A DNA stretch of 64,000 nt from Faecousia sp. (GTDB lineage Bacteria > Bacillota > Clostridia > Oscillospirales > Oscillospiraceae): positions 852 to 64,851 of the forward strand of contig JAZOBL010000011.1 of assembly GCA_045595945.1 (NCBI GenBank), given 5' to 3'. Of the stretch, positions 31,330 to 41,590 are shown piece after piece (positions within the stretch are counted from its first letter, which is position 1; each line of letters begins with the position of its first letter). A program made the position numbers and the translations under genes. Below the pieces are notes generated by a model. It ran no database searches and was not told the DNA's origin. It was given only the letters and a program-made list of their open reading frames with translations.

Positions 31330-32031
31330 TTATCCAAGGAGAACTTCCTTGTTGGTGCCGTAGAAGATGTCATCCCGGTTACTGATGAACTTGCAGAATT
31401 CCTCGATCATTGACCAGGCATCACGCACATCAAACTCATAGCTATGTCCCCAAATGTAGAAAATTTGGGGCTTATCCGGTTTCATGTCGATTAATTTCTG
31501 ACCCAGCTCAAACAGCTTTTCAGGATTACCGACATCACATAGAGTTGGGTGGAACAGATACATATCCGTCTGTACATCAAAGGTGTGGGTAGAACCGGTA
31601 GTTCTGGCGTATTTGACGCCGGTATGCTCCCGAATCACCTGGGCCACATGTTCATGGTCTCTGGCATGGTTGGGATATGCCATACCCACCACCTCGTACC
31701 CAACCAGCTGGCTCAGATTCAGCCGGTCCTGTTCCACTTGCCGAATGACTTCTTCATCGCTGCAGGTGTTCAGCGTTGGATGGGTCAACGAGTGAACAGC
31801 TACCTCATGACCCTGATAAATATAGGGAACATCCGAAGCTTTGTTTTTATTGTGTATGACCAGAAAATCCCTGCCTGGGTACTTAAAAGAGCTTTCCTGA
31901 CCCAGCAGTTCCGAGTTCAGATTAAAGGTGGCTTTCAGGTTATACTTATTTAGGATTTCGATCAAGCGAACATCCTGGGTAATGCCATCGTCATAGCTGA
32001 AGGTAACCGCCTTCATTTTTCCGTTGAACAT
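31330..32031 (-). CDS. Polysaccharide deacetylase (CE4/NodB), copy 1
   Basis: TFSYDDG, HSLTHP, WGHSYEF; start MFNGK at 32031. Confidence 0.92.
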   Translation of the reverse strand: MFNGKMKAVTFSYDDGITQDVRLIEILNKYNLKATFNLNSELLGQESSFKYPGRDFLVIHNKNKASDVPYIYQGHEVAVHSLTHPTLNTCSDEEVIRQVEQDRLNLSQLVGYEVVGMAYPNHARDHEHVAQVIREHTGVKYARTTGSTHTFDVQTDMYLFHPTLCDVGNPEKLFELGQKLIDMKPDKPQIFYIWGHSYEFDVRDAWSMIEEFCKFISNRDDIFYGTNKEVLLG

Positions 32032-32100
32032 AATACGCCTCCATTCTTTATGAGAAGCTATCCTGTTCCTCTGCACCATTTTATCCGATGCAATGGTATA

Positions 32101-34491
32101 TCAGCACAACTCTGCAAGCAGATTCTCAAAGTACGGCAGAACTTCCTTTTCCGCCACATAGTCCGCATGTCCGCGCAGAGCGATCTGCTCCTTCAGGCAA
32201 TCAACGATCCGAACGCAAAGTTCCTTCTTGTCAATGTCGAAGGTCTTACCAGTAGCAGCAGCTTCGTCCTTGTAGAAATTATATCGGATCGCAACTACCC
32301 GATCCAGACAGTTCCTGGCTAGACGCAGCCGTGTCAGAAGGGTTTCGTCATTGGCAACTGCCGCAAAAGCCTTCTCAAAATACTGATAAGATACCAGAAC
32401 TGCGTCCAGCGTCAACCATCTGGGGCTGTTTGTGCGATCGCCGTAAAGCGCATAGACATGGGATTTTTCCAGCATTGCGCCCACAAGATCCAGATACTTT
32501 CGGACATAGGGCGCCGCTGCACCATAGTAGCCGTTTAAGAAGGAGTTCATCAGAAGATCAAAGTCTTGATAGGGATCTTCCAGCATCTTGGCATTGAGCC
32601 ACATCTTCAGATCCCAGAAATCTGTGTTAATGGGGTCTTCCTGCTCACCAAAATAACCGGTCGCACCAACCTCCAGCATGGTTTTTAAGTGGCTGGGATG
32701 CTTATACATAGTGGGAGAAATACCGTTAACGCCGTAATTTACCACATAATCCCAGACAAAGAAGCGTTCTTTGGGGGTAATTGCCGCCCATTTTTTCATA
32801 GCTTCCACTGTTCCGGCGTTATTGGGGTGGGCAAAGCTATGCAGCACATCCATATTGCTATAAGCAAAACGCACCTGAACATTGTTTGCTGGCTTGGTAT
32901 CATCCAGAGGAGGATTCCGATATTGCCAGTAGGCCAGTGTATCCACCATAACCTCAGGATGTTTTTCTTCTACTGCTGCTGCAATCTCATTTACAAACTT
33001 CAGCAGATAGCCGGACACCCCACCCTTTTGAATAGCAGTCTGACAAGCCTCACATTCACAGAACATCTCTATATCGTTGGGACACAGGGAGTACCAGCGA
33101 GGACGAGCCGTACCGGTTGCCTCGGCCTTTGCAATATCCTCTTCAATATAGCGCAGAATTTGCTCCTTCATATAGGCCAGCAGTTCTTGATTGGTCATAC
33201 ACAACTGACTACTGGGTTTGCGTTCCCCATCAATAAGAGAAAACCATTCTGGATGCTCTTCAAACATACTGTCCGGAACATAGTAAGCAAAAGAGTGTAC
33301 ATAAACCGGAGAGCCGAACATCTCACGGCCACCAAAGCCCGCAGGCGCAATCGCCTCCCAACCGTTCAGACGGTTACGGACCTGGAACATATTCTCTGTG
33401 TGGCATAGAGCGCCGGGGTGCATATCACGGTATTTAAACGCAGGCGCGCCCTTGTGGTCAATGTCAGCGGGTACCAGCGCCTCACCGGTGGGAACAGTCT
33501 CCTCTGTATACGTCCACCAATGTATGTCAAGAACATCCTCCAGCAGGTGGTACACCGCATACAGTGTGCCACGAACTACGTCGCCGCACAGAACCAGATT
33601 GCCGCCAACTGCCTTGATGGCCCAACCTTCACCGTATTCGGTGCTGGGATGCGTCACATGGTTGGCCTTGGCAAACTCGGTATCGCCTACATAGACACCT
33701 GCGTCCAGCGCCTGTCCCTCAGTAAGCGTTTCCATCGTCTTGCCTGTCATCTTATAGACATAGTCAACCAGTTCCTTTGCCGCATTCTTCTCAACGGCGG
33801 TAGCCGTCTTGGGAAGAACCACTTTCATCTTTTCCAGGTTCAGTGCATCTTTGCCAACCTTCACTTCAGGCAGCTTTAGCGGCTCAGCCGCTTCCAGCCT
33901 TACAGGTACTTCCTCTCGAGCCGGTCCAACAACAATGATTCTATCAATGTAGTATACCGGCAGGTTCTCCGGATCCTGGAAGGTCAGATCACCGGTGATC
34001 TTCATGGAAAGATACAGATCCACGGGTGTATTGGGCTTATGCGCCAGTTCAGAAGGCAGCTCGGTAACTTGGAAACCCCAATCCTTAAACAGTGTCAAAA
34101 ATCTTGGTGGCTTATCAGAGACAATGACCACATTTTCAAACTTATACAGATGGTACTCTCCGTCTGCAATCAGCTGGTCAAAAGGAATGGTTGCCACATC
34201 AGGATCGTTATTGAAAACGTCCACTACATACAGTTTCATACCGCTCTCAGTCAGATTAAGGTGTTCCTTGCTATTTGGATCTTTTTTCCTTCTGATGTCG
34301 GCTCTAAGTTCGATTGTTTTGCCAAAATATGCAGCAGAGTCATCAATAACCTTATCAAAATAGTGGTTTCTGTAGGGCAAACAGACATCATATGTGGTAT
34401 ATGTATAAATTTTCGCAGGATCGGCTACCCTTAATTCTTCAGCAGCCATTCTGTCTGCTGAAGTTGCCTTGCTAGACAATTGAATATCCAT
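32101..34491 (-). CDS. DUF4838-like protein, soluble paralog
   Basis: RGTLYAVYHLLE, HPEWFSL, QLCMTN, TLAYW; no signal peptide or TM. Confidence 0.78.
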   Translation of the reverse strand: MDIQLSSKATSADRMAAEELRVADPAKIYTYTTYDVCLPYRNHYFDKVIDDSAAYFGKTIELRADIRRKKDPNSKEHLNLTESGMKLYVVDVFNNDPDVATIPFDQLIADGEYHLYKFENVVIVSDKPPRFLTLFKDWGFQVTELPSELAHKPNTPVDLYLSMKITGDLTFQDPENLPVYYIDRIIVVGPAREEVPVRLEAAEPLKLPEVKVGKDALNLEKMKVVLPKTATAVEKNAAKELVDYVYKMTGKTMETLTEGQALDAGVYVGDTEFAKANHVTHPSTEYGEGWAIKAVGGNLVLCGDVVRGTLYAVYHLLEDVLDIHWWTYTEETVPTGEALVPADIDHKGAPAFKYRDMHPGALCHTENMFQVRNRLNGWEAIAPAGFGGREMFGSPVYVHSFAYYVPDSMFEEHPEWFSLIDGERKPSSQLCMTNQELLAYMKEQILRYIEEDIAKAEATGTARPRWYSLCPNDIEMFCECEACQTAIQKGGVSGYLLKFVNEIAAAVEEKHPEVMVDTLAYWQYRNPPLDDTKPANNVQVRFAYSNMDVLHSFAHPNNAGTVEAMKKWAAITPKERFFVWDYVVNYGVNGISPTMYKHPSHLKTMLEVGATGYFGEQEDPINTDFWDLKMWLNAKMLEDPYQDFDLLMNSFLNGYYGAAAPYVRKYLDLVGAMLEKSHVYALYGDRTNSPRWLTLDAVLVSYQYFEKAFAAVANDETLLTRLRLARNCLDRVVAIRYNFYKDEAAATGKTFDIDKKELCVRIVDCLKEQIALRGHADYVAEKEVLPYFENLLAELC

Positions 34492-34554
34492 GGTCTTCCT
34501 CCATTATAATACGGTTTTAATATGGCGTGTCTAAACGGTTTTTAACTTCAGCGA

Positions 34555-37287
34555 TTAGTTAAAACTTGCCAGTATATTTTCAAAATACGCCAGTGCCTTG
34601 TCTGTTTCGTAATCCACATCGCCACGATACTCGATCTGCTCATGCAGGCAATCGATAATGTCGCGGCAGAGATCTTCTCTGTCAAATTTGAAAGAGACGC
34701 CTGTATCTGCAGCTTCCTGCGCATAGACATCATAGTTTGCAACGATCACGCGATCCAGGCAATTTCTTGCCAGTCGAAGCCGTCTGAGCAGGGTCTTATC
34801 CCCTTCTGCAGCTGCAAATGCCTGATCGAAATATTTATCCGCAGAATTAACCGCCTCCAGAGTCAACCATCTGGGGTTCAGTGTCGGCTTGCCCAGTTCT
34901 GCATAGGCATAGGATTGTTCCAGCAGGCCGCCAACCAGATCCAAATACTTGCGGACATAAGGGCCGGCAGCGCCGTAGTAACCGTTCAAAAAATCATTCA
35001 TCAGCGCATCAAAATCCTGATAGGGATCTTCCAGCAACTTGGCGCTCAGCCACATCTTCATATCCCAGAAATCTGTATTGATTGGATTCTCATGCTCGCC
35101 AAAGTAACCGGTTACGCCTACCTCCAGAAGGGCCTGGAAATGCTTGGGAAGCTTATACATAGTGGGGACAACGCCACCAATATCGAAATTGACAGGATAA
35201 TCCCACAGAACAAGCCGCCCCTCTTCTGTGATTGCCGCCCACTGTTTCAAGCAATCCAGGCTCTTGGCATTGTTGGGATGGTCAAAGCCGTGCAGTACGT
35301 CTGAAGTCAAGTTAGCAAAACGAATTTGCACATTCTTTGCCGGCTTTGTATCATCCTTGGGTGGTAGCATATACTGCTGATATGCCAGCGTATCCAGCAG
35401 AACATCCGGATAGGATTCTTCAACAACTTCAGCGATCTGATTCACAAATTGAAGCACATAGCCGGATAAGCCGCTTTTCTCAATTCTATGCGCACAGGCA
35501 GAGCATCCACAGAACAGATCCCAGTCATTGGGTGTTAGCGAATACCAACGGGGAGGATTGGTTCCGTTTTGCTCAGCAACACGAAGATCGTCGGCAATAT
35601 AACCCAGCAGTTTATCGGTCATATACTCCAGCAGTTCCTCATTGGACAGGCACAGCTGGCTATTATTCACCCGCTTGCCGTCAACAAGAGAAAACCACTC
35701 AGGATGTTCGGCAAACATATCACTGGGGACATAATAAGCAAATGTATGCACGTATGCAGGCGCACCGAAGTTCTCTTCTCCGCCATAACCATCCGGAGGA
35801 TTGGAGCAAATGCCGTTCAGCCGATTATGCCCCTGAAAAACATTCTGTGTGCCATTCAACACACCGGGGTGCATATCCCGATATGCGAAAGCGGGAGCGC
35901 CGCTATCGTCATACTCATTCCAAACCAGTGCCGCATCCACGCTGGGCACATACTCCTCTGTGTAGGTCCACCAGCGGACACCCAGCGCATCCTCCAGCAG
36001 ATGGTATACCGCATACAAAGTACCACGGGTAGCATCGCCGCACAGCACCAGATTACCGTCCACTGCCTTAATTGCCCAACCTTCGCCGTATTCAGAACTG
36101 GGGTGGGTCACATTATTTGCCTTGGCAAACTCGGTGTCACCCACATAAATGCCGGCCTCTACTGCAGCGCCTTCGTTGACAATCTCAATACTCTCGCCGG
36201 TCATCTTGTTTACATAGGCAACCAGTTCTTTTGCTGCATTGGTCTCCACAGCAACAGGATTCTTGGGCAGTACCACCTGCATATTATTCAGATTCAGAGA
36301 ATTCTCCTCTGTCAAGGTAGCACTGGAAGAATCTCCGTTGTTATTAGTCCCATTGCTGGTTAGCGCGCCTGTCAGATACAGAACCATCGCTGTTACCAGT
36401 AGCACAACTGCGAGCACGATCAAAACCAAGGAAAGTGCCCTGTTGCCGGTCTTAGCCATCACAACAATGGCTACAGCGATCAGCGCAACGATGATAACGC
36501 CAAAAATTATCAAAGTAACAGCAGAAAGGTCCGCAGAGCTACCGGTGTCGGCAGACTGATTATTATTAACCGGCTTTGTCTCATCAACAGAATCAATTAT
36601 AATAGACAGATCCTGTTTTTCCGGTCCAACCGCGATCAGTCTGTCAATATAATACGCGGGCAGGTTGTCCTCGTCCTGAAAACTCAGATCGCCGGTAATC
36701 TTCATTGACAGATACAGGTCGACCTTTGCATCGGGTTTGTGGGCAAGATCTTCTGTGATTCCAGGAACCTGGAATCCCCAATCGGTAAAGAGCATCAGAA
36801 AACGGTTGGGAGTGTCTTTCGTAACAACGCAATCGTCCAGCTTATACAAATGGTATTTTCCATCTGCAATCAGCTGGCTTACAGGAATTTTACTGATCTC
36901 AGAGCCTTTATTAAAAACATCAACCGTACATACTGATAGGCCCCGGTCTGTCAGATTCAGATGTCTCTCTGCGCCGGGTTCCTTGGCTTTTCTGATATCC
37001 GCCCTAATTTCCGCTGCTTTGCCGTTATAAGCATCCGGATCATCCAAAATCGTATCGCCGAAGTTGGTACTATAAGGCAGTACGAAGTCCTTTGTTGTGT
37101 AGGAATAGACGCAGTCCGGGTCAGCGGATTGCAGTTCCTCCACGAACGCCTTTTCGGCATCCGTTGCCGTATTAGACAACAGATGCTCGAACTCAGCGGC
37201 TTGCACACTGGGTGCAGTCATTCCTATCGAAAGTACCAATGCAATAACAAGCAAAAAATAAAACAGGTGCTTACCTTGATTGTTCAT
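34555..37287 (-). CDS. DUF4838-like protein with signal peptide and internal TM hairpin, short linkers
   Basis: Signal peptide ending VQA; two hydrophobic helices mid-protein; same two domains as neighbours. Confidence 0.78.
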   Translation of the reverse strand: MNNQGKHLFYFLLVIALVLSIGMTAPSVQAAEFEHLLSNTATDAEKAFVEELQSADPDCVYSYTTKDFVLPYSTNFGDTILDDPDAYNGKAAEIRADIRKAKEPGAERHLNLTDRGLSVCTVDVFNKGSEISKIPVSQLIADGKYHLYKLDDCVVTKDTPNRFLMLFTDWGFQVPGITEDLAHKPDAKVDLYLSMKITGDLSFQDEDNLPAYYIDRLIAVGPEKQDLSIIIDSVDETKPVNNNQSADTGSSADLSAVTLIIFGVIIVALIAVAIVVMAKTGNRALSLVLIVLAVVLLVTAMVLYLTGALTSNGTNNNGDSSSATLTEENSLNLNNMQVVLPKNPVAVETNAAKELVAYVNKMTGESIEIVNEGAAVEAGIYVGDTEFAKANNVTHPSSEYGEGWAIKAVDGNLVLCGDATRGTLYAVYHLLEDALGVRWWTYTEEYVPSVDAALVWNEYDDSGAPAFAYRDMHPGVLNGTQNVFQGHNRLNGICSNPPDGYGGEENFGAPAYVHTFAYYVPSDMFAEHPEWFSLVDGKRVNNSQLCLSNEELLEYMTDKLLGYIADDLRVAEQNGTNPPRWYSLTPNDWDLFCGCSACAHRIEKSGLSGYVLQFVNQIAEVVEESYPDVLLDTLAYQQYMLPPKDDTKPAKNVQIRFANLTSDVLHGFDHPNNAKSLDCLKQWAAITEEGRLVLWDYPVNFDIGGVVPTMYKLPKHFQALLEVGVTGYFGEHENPINTDFWDMKMWLSAKLLEDPYQDFDALMNDFLNGYYGAAGPYVRKYLDLVGGLLEQSYAYAELGKPTLNPRWLTLEAVNSADKYFDQAFAAAEGDKTLLRRLRLARNCLDRVIVANYDVYAQEAADTGVSFKFDREDLCRDIIDCLHEQIEYRGDVDYETDKALAYFENILASFN

Positions 37288-37350
37288 TAAATTTCCCTTT
37301 CTTTTTTCCGTTATTCAACGAAAAATTTCTTGAATCGTCTCTTTGTCTTA

Positions 37351-40300
37351 TTAGCCTAAGCCCGCAAGTATGTTCTGGTAATACGGAAGAACAGAGCTCT
37401 TGGCTACATAGTCAGCGTCTCCACGCATCGCAATCTGCTCATTAAGGCACGCAATAATATTCTGGCACAGCTCCTTCTTATTAAAGTTGAATGCCTTTCC
37501 TGTCGCCGCAGCATCCGCTTGATAGGTCTCAAACCGTTCTACGATCACCCGGTCCAGACAGTTTCTTGCCAGTCGTAGCCGTCTGAGTATGGTTTCATTC
37601 CCGTTGGCCGCCTGGAAAGCCATATCAAAGTAAGCGTCCGCAGCAATCACCGCATCATATGTGAGCCATCTGGGACTGAGGGAGGATTGGCCAAACTGGA
37701 CATAAGTAGAAGAATTTTTAAGCAGGCCACCCACCAAATCCAGATATCTTCTGACATAAGGACCCGCTGCACCATAGTAGCCATTCAGGAAGTCGTTCAT
37801 CAGGGCATTAAAGTCCTGGTATGGGTCTTCCAACAGCTTGGCAGAAAGCCACATCTTCATGTCCCAGAAGTCTGTATTGATGGGATCCTCCTGTTCACCA
37901 AAATAGCCGGTTACACCCGCTTGCAGCAAAGTCTGGAAGTGTTCCGGGAATTTGTACATGGTGGGCGTTATGCCATTGACACCATAGTTGACCACATAAT
38001 CCCAAACAAACAGCTGTCCATTTTCTGTAATTGCTGCCCACTGTTTTAAATACCGCAATGCTTTTTCATTATTGGGATGGTCAAAACTATGTAACACATC
38101 CATAATATTGTCCGCAAAACGGATCTGCACATTCTTCGCAGGCTTCGTATTATCCTTAGGTGGCTCCAAATACTGCCAATATGCCAATGTATCTACAAGG
38201 ATCTCAGGGTACTTTGTCTCCACGGCTGCAGCGATCTGATTGACAAACCTCAGAAGATAGCCGGACATGCCGCTTTGATTGATCACTGCGGTACAGGAAG
38301 CGCATTCGCAGAACTTGTCATAGTCATTGGGACACAGCGAGTACCAGCGAGGAGTTGCTGTCCCGTTTTGTTTGGCTAGAGAAATGTCCAAATCGATGTA
38401 GTACAGCAGTCTTTCTTTCATGTAGGCAATCAGTTCTGTGTTTGTCATACACAACTGACTGCTTTCCGCCCGTTGGCCATTTACCAGCGAGAACCACTCC
38501 GGGTGCGTGGCGAACATGGTGTCAGGAACATAGTAAGCAAAAGAGTGTACATAAACAGGAGAGCCAAAATTCTCCTCTCCGCCATAGCCGGCGGGAGGAT
38601 TGGCATCCCATCCGTTCAGGCGGTTGCGAACCTGGAACATATTTGTAGTCTTGTGCAGCGCACCGGGGTGCATATCCCGGTATTTGAAGGCGGGTGCGCC
38701 ATTGTCAGCGTAGTTCTGCGGAACCAAGGCATTCTCTACACTGGGAACATGCTCCTCAGCATAAGTCCACCAGCGAACCCCAAGAACATCCTCTAACAAA
38801 TGATATACCGCATACAGAGTGCCGCGGGTCGCTTCGCCACACAGTACAAGGTTATTGCCGATCACCTTGATGGCCCAGCCTTCGCCGTATTCGGTGGTAG
38901 GATAGGACACGTTGTTGGTTCTTGCAAAGTTGGTTGCTCCGATGTAAATGCCGGCATTCACAGACGCACCCTCGTTGACGGTCTGGATGGTCTTACCGGT
39001 TATCTTCTTAACATAGGAAACCAGTTCGTTTGCCGCATTCATTTCCACGGTTGTAGGAAATTTAGGCAAAACAAGCGTCATCCCCGTTAGGCTCAGCTTC
39101 CCATTTACGACCACAGGCTCTGTTACGGTAGGTGTTGGGGGAGTTGTAGGCGTAGTTTCAAAACCCTGTGGTATAGTGGGATTGGTTTGGTTGGTGTCTA
39201 CAGCACCTTCATGTGTGCCTGCCGCCGGACCGGGACCGGTAGCGGAAGGTTCGGTTACATCTGTTGTATTGGGAGCCGGCTCCTCTGTTCCCTCTGTTGT
39301 GTCAGTTTGGACTGTTCCTTCACTGGTTTCGTTCGTGTCCGCATCTGTGGTATCAGCCGTTACATCAGACCCAGACGGATCAGTTCGTGCTGTACTAGCA
39401 GTTGTATCAACAGGAAAATTCTTTTTATGGTTTGCTGTGCTGATCATCAGCACAATTAGCAGAATAACCAGCACCGTACCTGCAGAGATGGAAACGATCA
39501 TCGCGATCTTTTTCTTGTCCAGCCGCATAAGGAAGAACACAGCCAGACCAGCGCCTACCAAGACCACTGCCGCAATAATGCCCAGAGTCAAAGCCGTCCG
39601 ATTTTTTGGACTGACTTGATTCTCAATGGGTTCTTCTTCCCCGGTCACAGCATTGGTTGCTTCTTCCGTTCCGGTATTTTCCGTGGTTTCATCCGTATCG
39701 GTTTGGTTGCATACGGTGTCTTCAGTCATTTCGGTGGTGCTGTCCACGGTTGCTTCCGTGGTTTCTTCTGTACCGGTATTCGTAGTCTCAGTAGGATCGG
39801 CAGCAATAGTGGGATCCGGCAAAATAACGCCAGTATTGCCTTGACCTCCCGTATTTCCGTTGGAATTTGTGCCTACAATAATCTCGGAATTACCCACTGC
39901 CCCTGTGTTTCCGTTGGGTTTTTGACCCACTATAATTTCGGAGTTTCCAGCATTTCCACCGGAGCTTGAACCACCCTGGTTTCCACCGGAGCTTGCGCCG
40001 CTCTGATTTCCACCGGAGCTTGAACCACCCGGGTTTTCAGCAGGGTTTGTTGCGTTTGGCATCTCGACAGGCTCTGTATTGATGGTGATCTCGGGAACAT
40101 ACTCTCTCTCTGGGCCGACAACGATCACTCTGTCTATATAGTACGCAGGCAGATTGTTCACATCAGTAAAGGACTTGTCTCCGACGATCTTCATAGACAG
40201 GTACAAATCCACCTTTGCATTGGGTTCGTGAGCAATGTCAGCAGGCAGACTAGGGATCTGAAATCCCCAATCGTTAAAGATGTACAGAAATCTGAGAGGT

Positions 40301-40782
40301 TCGTCTCTAACGACAACCACATCATCCAGCTTATACAGATGATATTTCCCGTCGACAATCAGCATGCTCCCGGGAATTGACCCAACACCTATTGCTTCTT
40401 GATCAATATTTACGGTGCAAAAAGGCAACTCGCGAGAAAATACATTTAAATGTCCCTCTGCACCAGGCTCCTTGGCTTTCCGGGTATCCGCTCTGATTTC
40501 CGCTGCCTTACCGGTATAGGCGTCCGAATCAGAAACAACCTGATCACCGAAGAGACTTTTGTAAGGCAGAGTAAAGTCGATAGTTGTATAGGAGTAGATA
40601 CAATCCGGATCGGCAGACTTCAGCTCCTGCACATATGTTTTTTCAGCAGATGTTGCATTACCGGACAACGGATGCTCAAATTCTGCTGCCGCATCTACCG
40701 TGACCGCCGGCAACACCAATGCAGAAAATAAAAGCACAGCGGAAAGCAAAACACACAAAAAATGTTTTCTATTATTTTTCAT
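37351..40782 (-). CDS. DUF4838-like protein with signal peptide and internal TM hairpin, long linkers
   Basis: Signal peptide ending VDA; G/S/N and T/E/P linkers flanking two TMs joined by RLDKKK. Confidence 0.78.
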   Translation of the reverse strand: MKNNRKHFLCVLLSAVLLFSALVLPAVTVDAAAEFEHPLSGNATSAEKTYVQELKSADPDCIYSYTTIDFTLPYKSLFGDQVVSDSDAYTGKAAEIRADTRKAKEPGAEGHLNVFSRELPFCTVNIDQEAIGVGSIPGSMLIVDGKYHLYKLDDVVVVRDEPLRFLYIFNDWGFQIPSLPADIAHEPNAKVDLYLSMKIVGDKSFTDVNNLPAYYIDRVIVVGPEREYVPEITINTEPVEMPNATNPAENPGGSSSGGNQSGASSGGNQGGSSSGGNAGNSEIIVGQKPNGNTGAVGNSEIIVGTNSNGNTGGQGNTGVILPDPTIAADPTETTNTGTEETTEATVDSTTEMTEDTVCNQTDTDETTENTGTEEATNAVTGEEEPIENQVSPKNRTALTLGIIAAVVLVGAGLAVFFLMRLDKKKIAMIVSISAGTVLVILLIVLMISTANHKKNFPVDTTASTARTDPSGSDVTADTTDADTNETSEGTVQTDTTEGTEEPAPNTTDVTEPSATGPGPAAGTHEGAVDTNQTNPTIPQGFETTPTTPPTPTVTEPVVVNGKLSLTGMTLVLPKFPTTVEMNAANELVSYVKKITGKTIQTVNEGASVNAGIYIGATNFARTNNVSYPTTEYGEGWAIKVIGNNLVLCGEATRGTLYAVYHLLEDVLGVRWWTYAEEHVPSVENALVPQNYADNGAPAFKYRDMHPGALHKTTNMFQVRNRLNGWDANPPAGYGGEENFGSPVYVHSFAYYVPDTMFATHPEWFSLVNGQRAESSQLCMTNTELIAYMKERLLYYIDLDISLAKQNGTATPRWYSLCPNDYDKFCECASCTAVINQSGMSGYLLRFVNQIAAAVETKYPEILVDTLAYWQYLEPPKDNTKPAKNVQIRFADNIMDVLHSFDHPNNEKALRYLKQWAAITENGQLFVWDYVVNYGVNGITPTMYKFPEHFQTLLQAGVTGYFGEQEDPINTDFWDMKMWLSAKLLEDPYQDFNALMNDFLNGYYGAAGPYVRRYLDLVGGLLKNSSTYVQFGQSSLSPRWLTYDAVIAADAYFDMAFQAANGNETILRRLRLARNCLDRVIVERFETYQADAAATGKAFNFNKKELCQNIIACLNEQIAMRGDADYVAKSSVLPYYQNILAGLG
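39953..40030. repeat. Three 27-bp tandem repeats encoding GGSSSGGNQ-like linker
   Basis: TTTCCACCGGAGCTTG starts at 39953, 39980, 40007. Confidence 0.85.
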
Positions 40783-40950
40783 TATATCGTTCCTTATTCA
40801 TTATGTAGCAGCATTATTAAATACCGCTTCCATTTTCTTCTTATACACTTCCACATACAGTATACACTATAGAATAAAAAAAAGATAGAAGTATTATTAG
40901 ATATATACGAAAAATTTTCCCTAGGTCTTTACACGCGCAATCGTTCTGCA

Positions 40951-40986
40951 TAAAAGGAACCCCGGTAAAACCGGGGGTTCCTTTTA
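40951..40986. terminator. Intrinsic terminator hairpin
   Basis: TAAAAGGAACCCCGG/CCGGGGGTTCCTTTTA. Confidence 0.8.
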
Positions 40987-40997
40987 TGCGGGCACAG

Positions 40998-41142
40998 CCC
41001 TATGTTTCCTGCATAATACGTAAACGCATAATTACAGCCCGTCATTCATACTCATATGAGTGCTTCCCTGTTTTGATTGTCTGTGCTATTTGCGGATCGC
41101 ACCTATAATCTTAACAGGGGTTTTTACTCACCGCCATAGGCT
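40998..41142. ncRNA. Candidate structured RNA between two terminators (strand uncertain)
   Basis: Nested complementary segments GCCCTATG/CATAGGC, TGAGT/ACTCA, CCCTGTT/AACAGGG, GTGC/GCAC; no credible ORF. Confidence 0.4.
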
Positions 41143-41181
41143 TTATTGAACCACGCGTCTAACGCATGGTTTTCTTTATGC

Positions 41182-41217
41182 AAAAAGACCACGGAGGCAA
41201 CTCCGTGGTCAATTTTC
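41182..41217 (-). terminator. secG terminator
   Basis: GACCACGGAG/CTCCGTGGTC with T-run on minus strand. Confidence 0.8.
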
Positions 41218-41220
41218 ACA

Positions 41221-41457
41221 TCAGATCAAACTCAGGATCAGAGTCAGGACAACCCACACCAGAGCAATCCACTTGGTAGCGGAAGCCAGCTTCTTATCCA
41301 GACCGCCCATGCTGCTCTTGTTCATGTAGGAATCGGAATTACCGGAAACAGCGCCGGACAGGCCGGACTCCTTACCGGACTGGACCAACACCACTGCCAC
41401 CAGCAACACGCTGGCAATCACTTCCAGAACAGTCACAATATTCTTGACAATTTCCAT
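41221..41457 (-). CDS. secG: Preprotein translocase subunit SecG
   Basis: Two TMs around VLVQSGKESGLSGAVSG. Confidence 0.92.
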   Translation of the reverse strand: MEIVKNIVTVLEVIASVLLVAVVLVQSGKESGLSGAVSGNSDSYMNKSSMGGLDKKLASATKWIALVWVVLTLILSLI

Positions 41458-41590
41458 GTTCGTAACCTCCCTCCGCTTACCGCTATTGGATCGCGGGTCT
41501 TATCAGTAGCCCGGGCACGCCGGGGTTTTATCAAATCCTAGCCAGTATAGCACAGAAAAGGAAAGAATGCAAGCATTTTTCCGGTATTTT

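Noticed and set aside
40986-41180. tmRNA, lysine or c-di-GMP riboswitch, or a 40-aa plus-strand ORF after secG
   Set aside because: Lacks tmRNA ends and riboswitch consensus motifs; the ORF has no RBS
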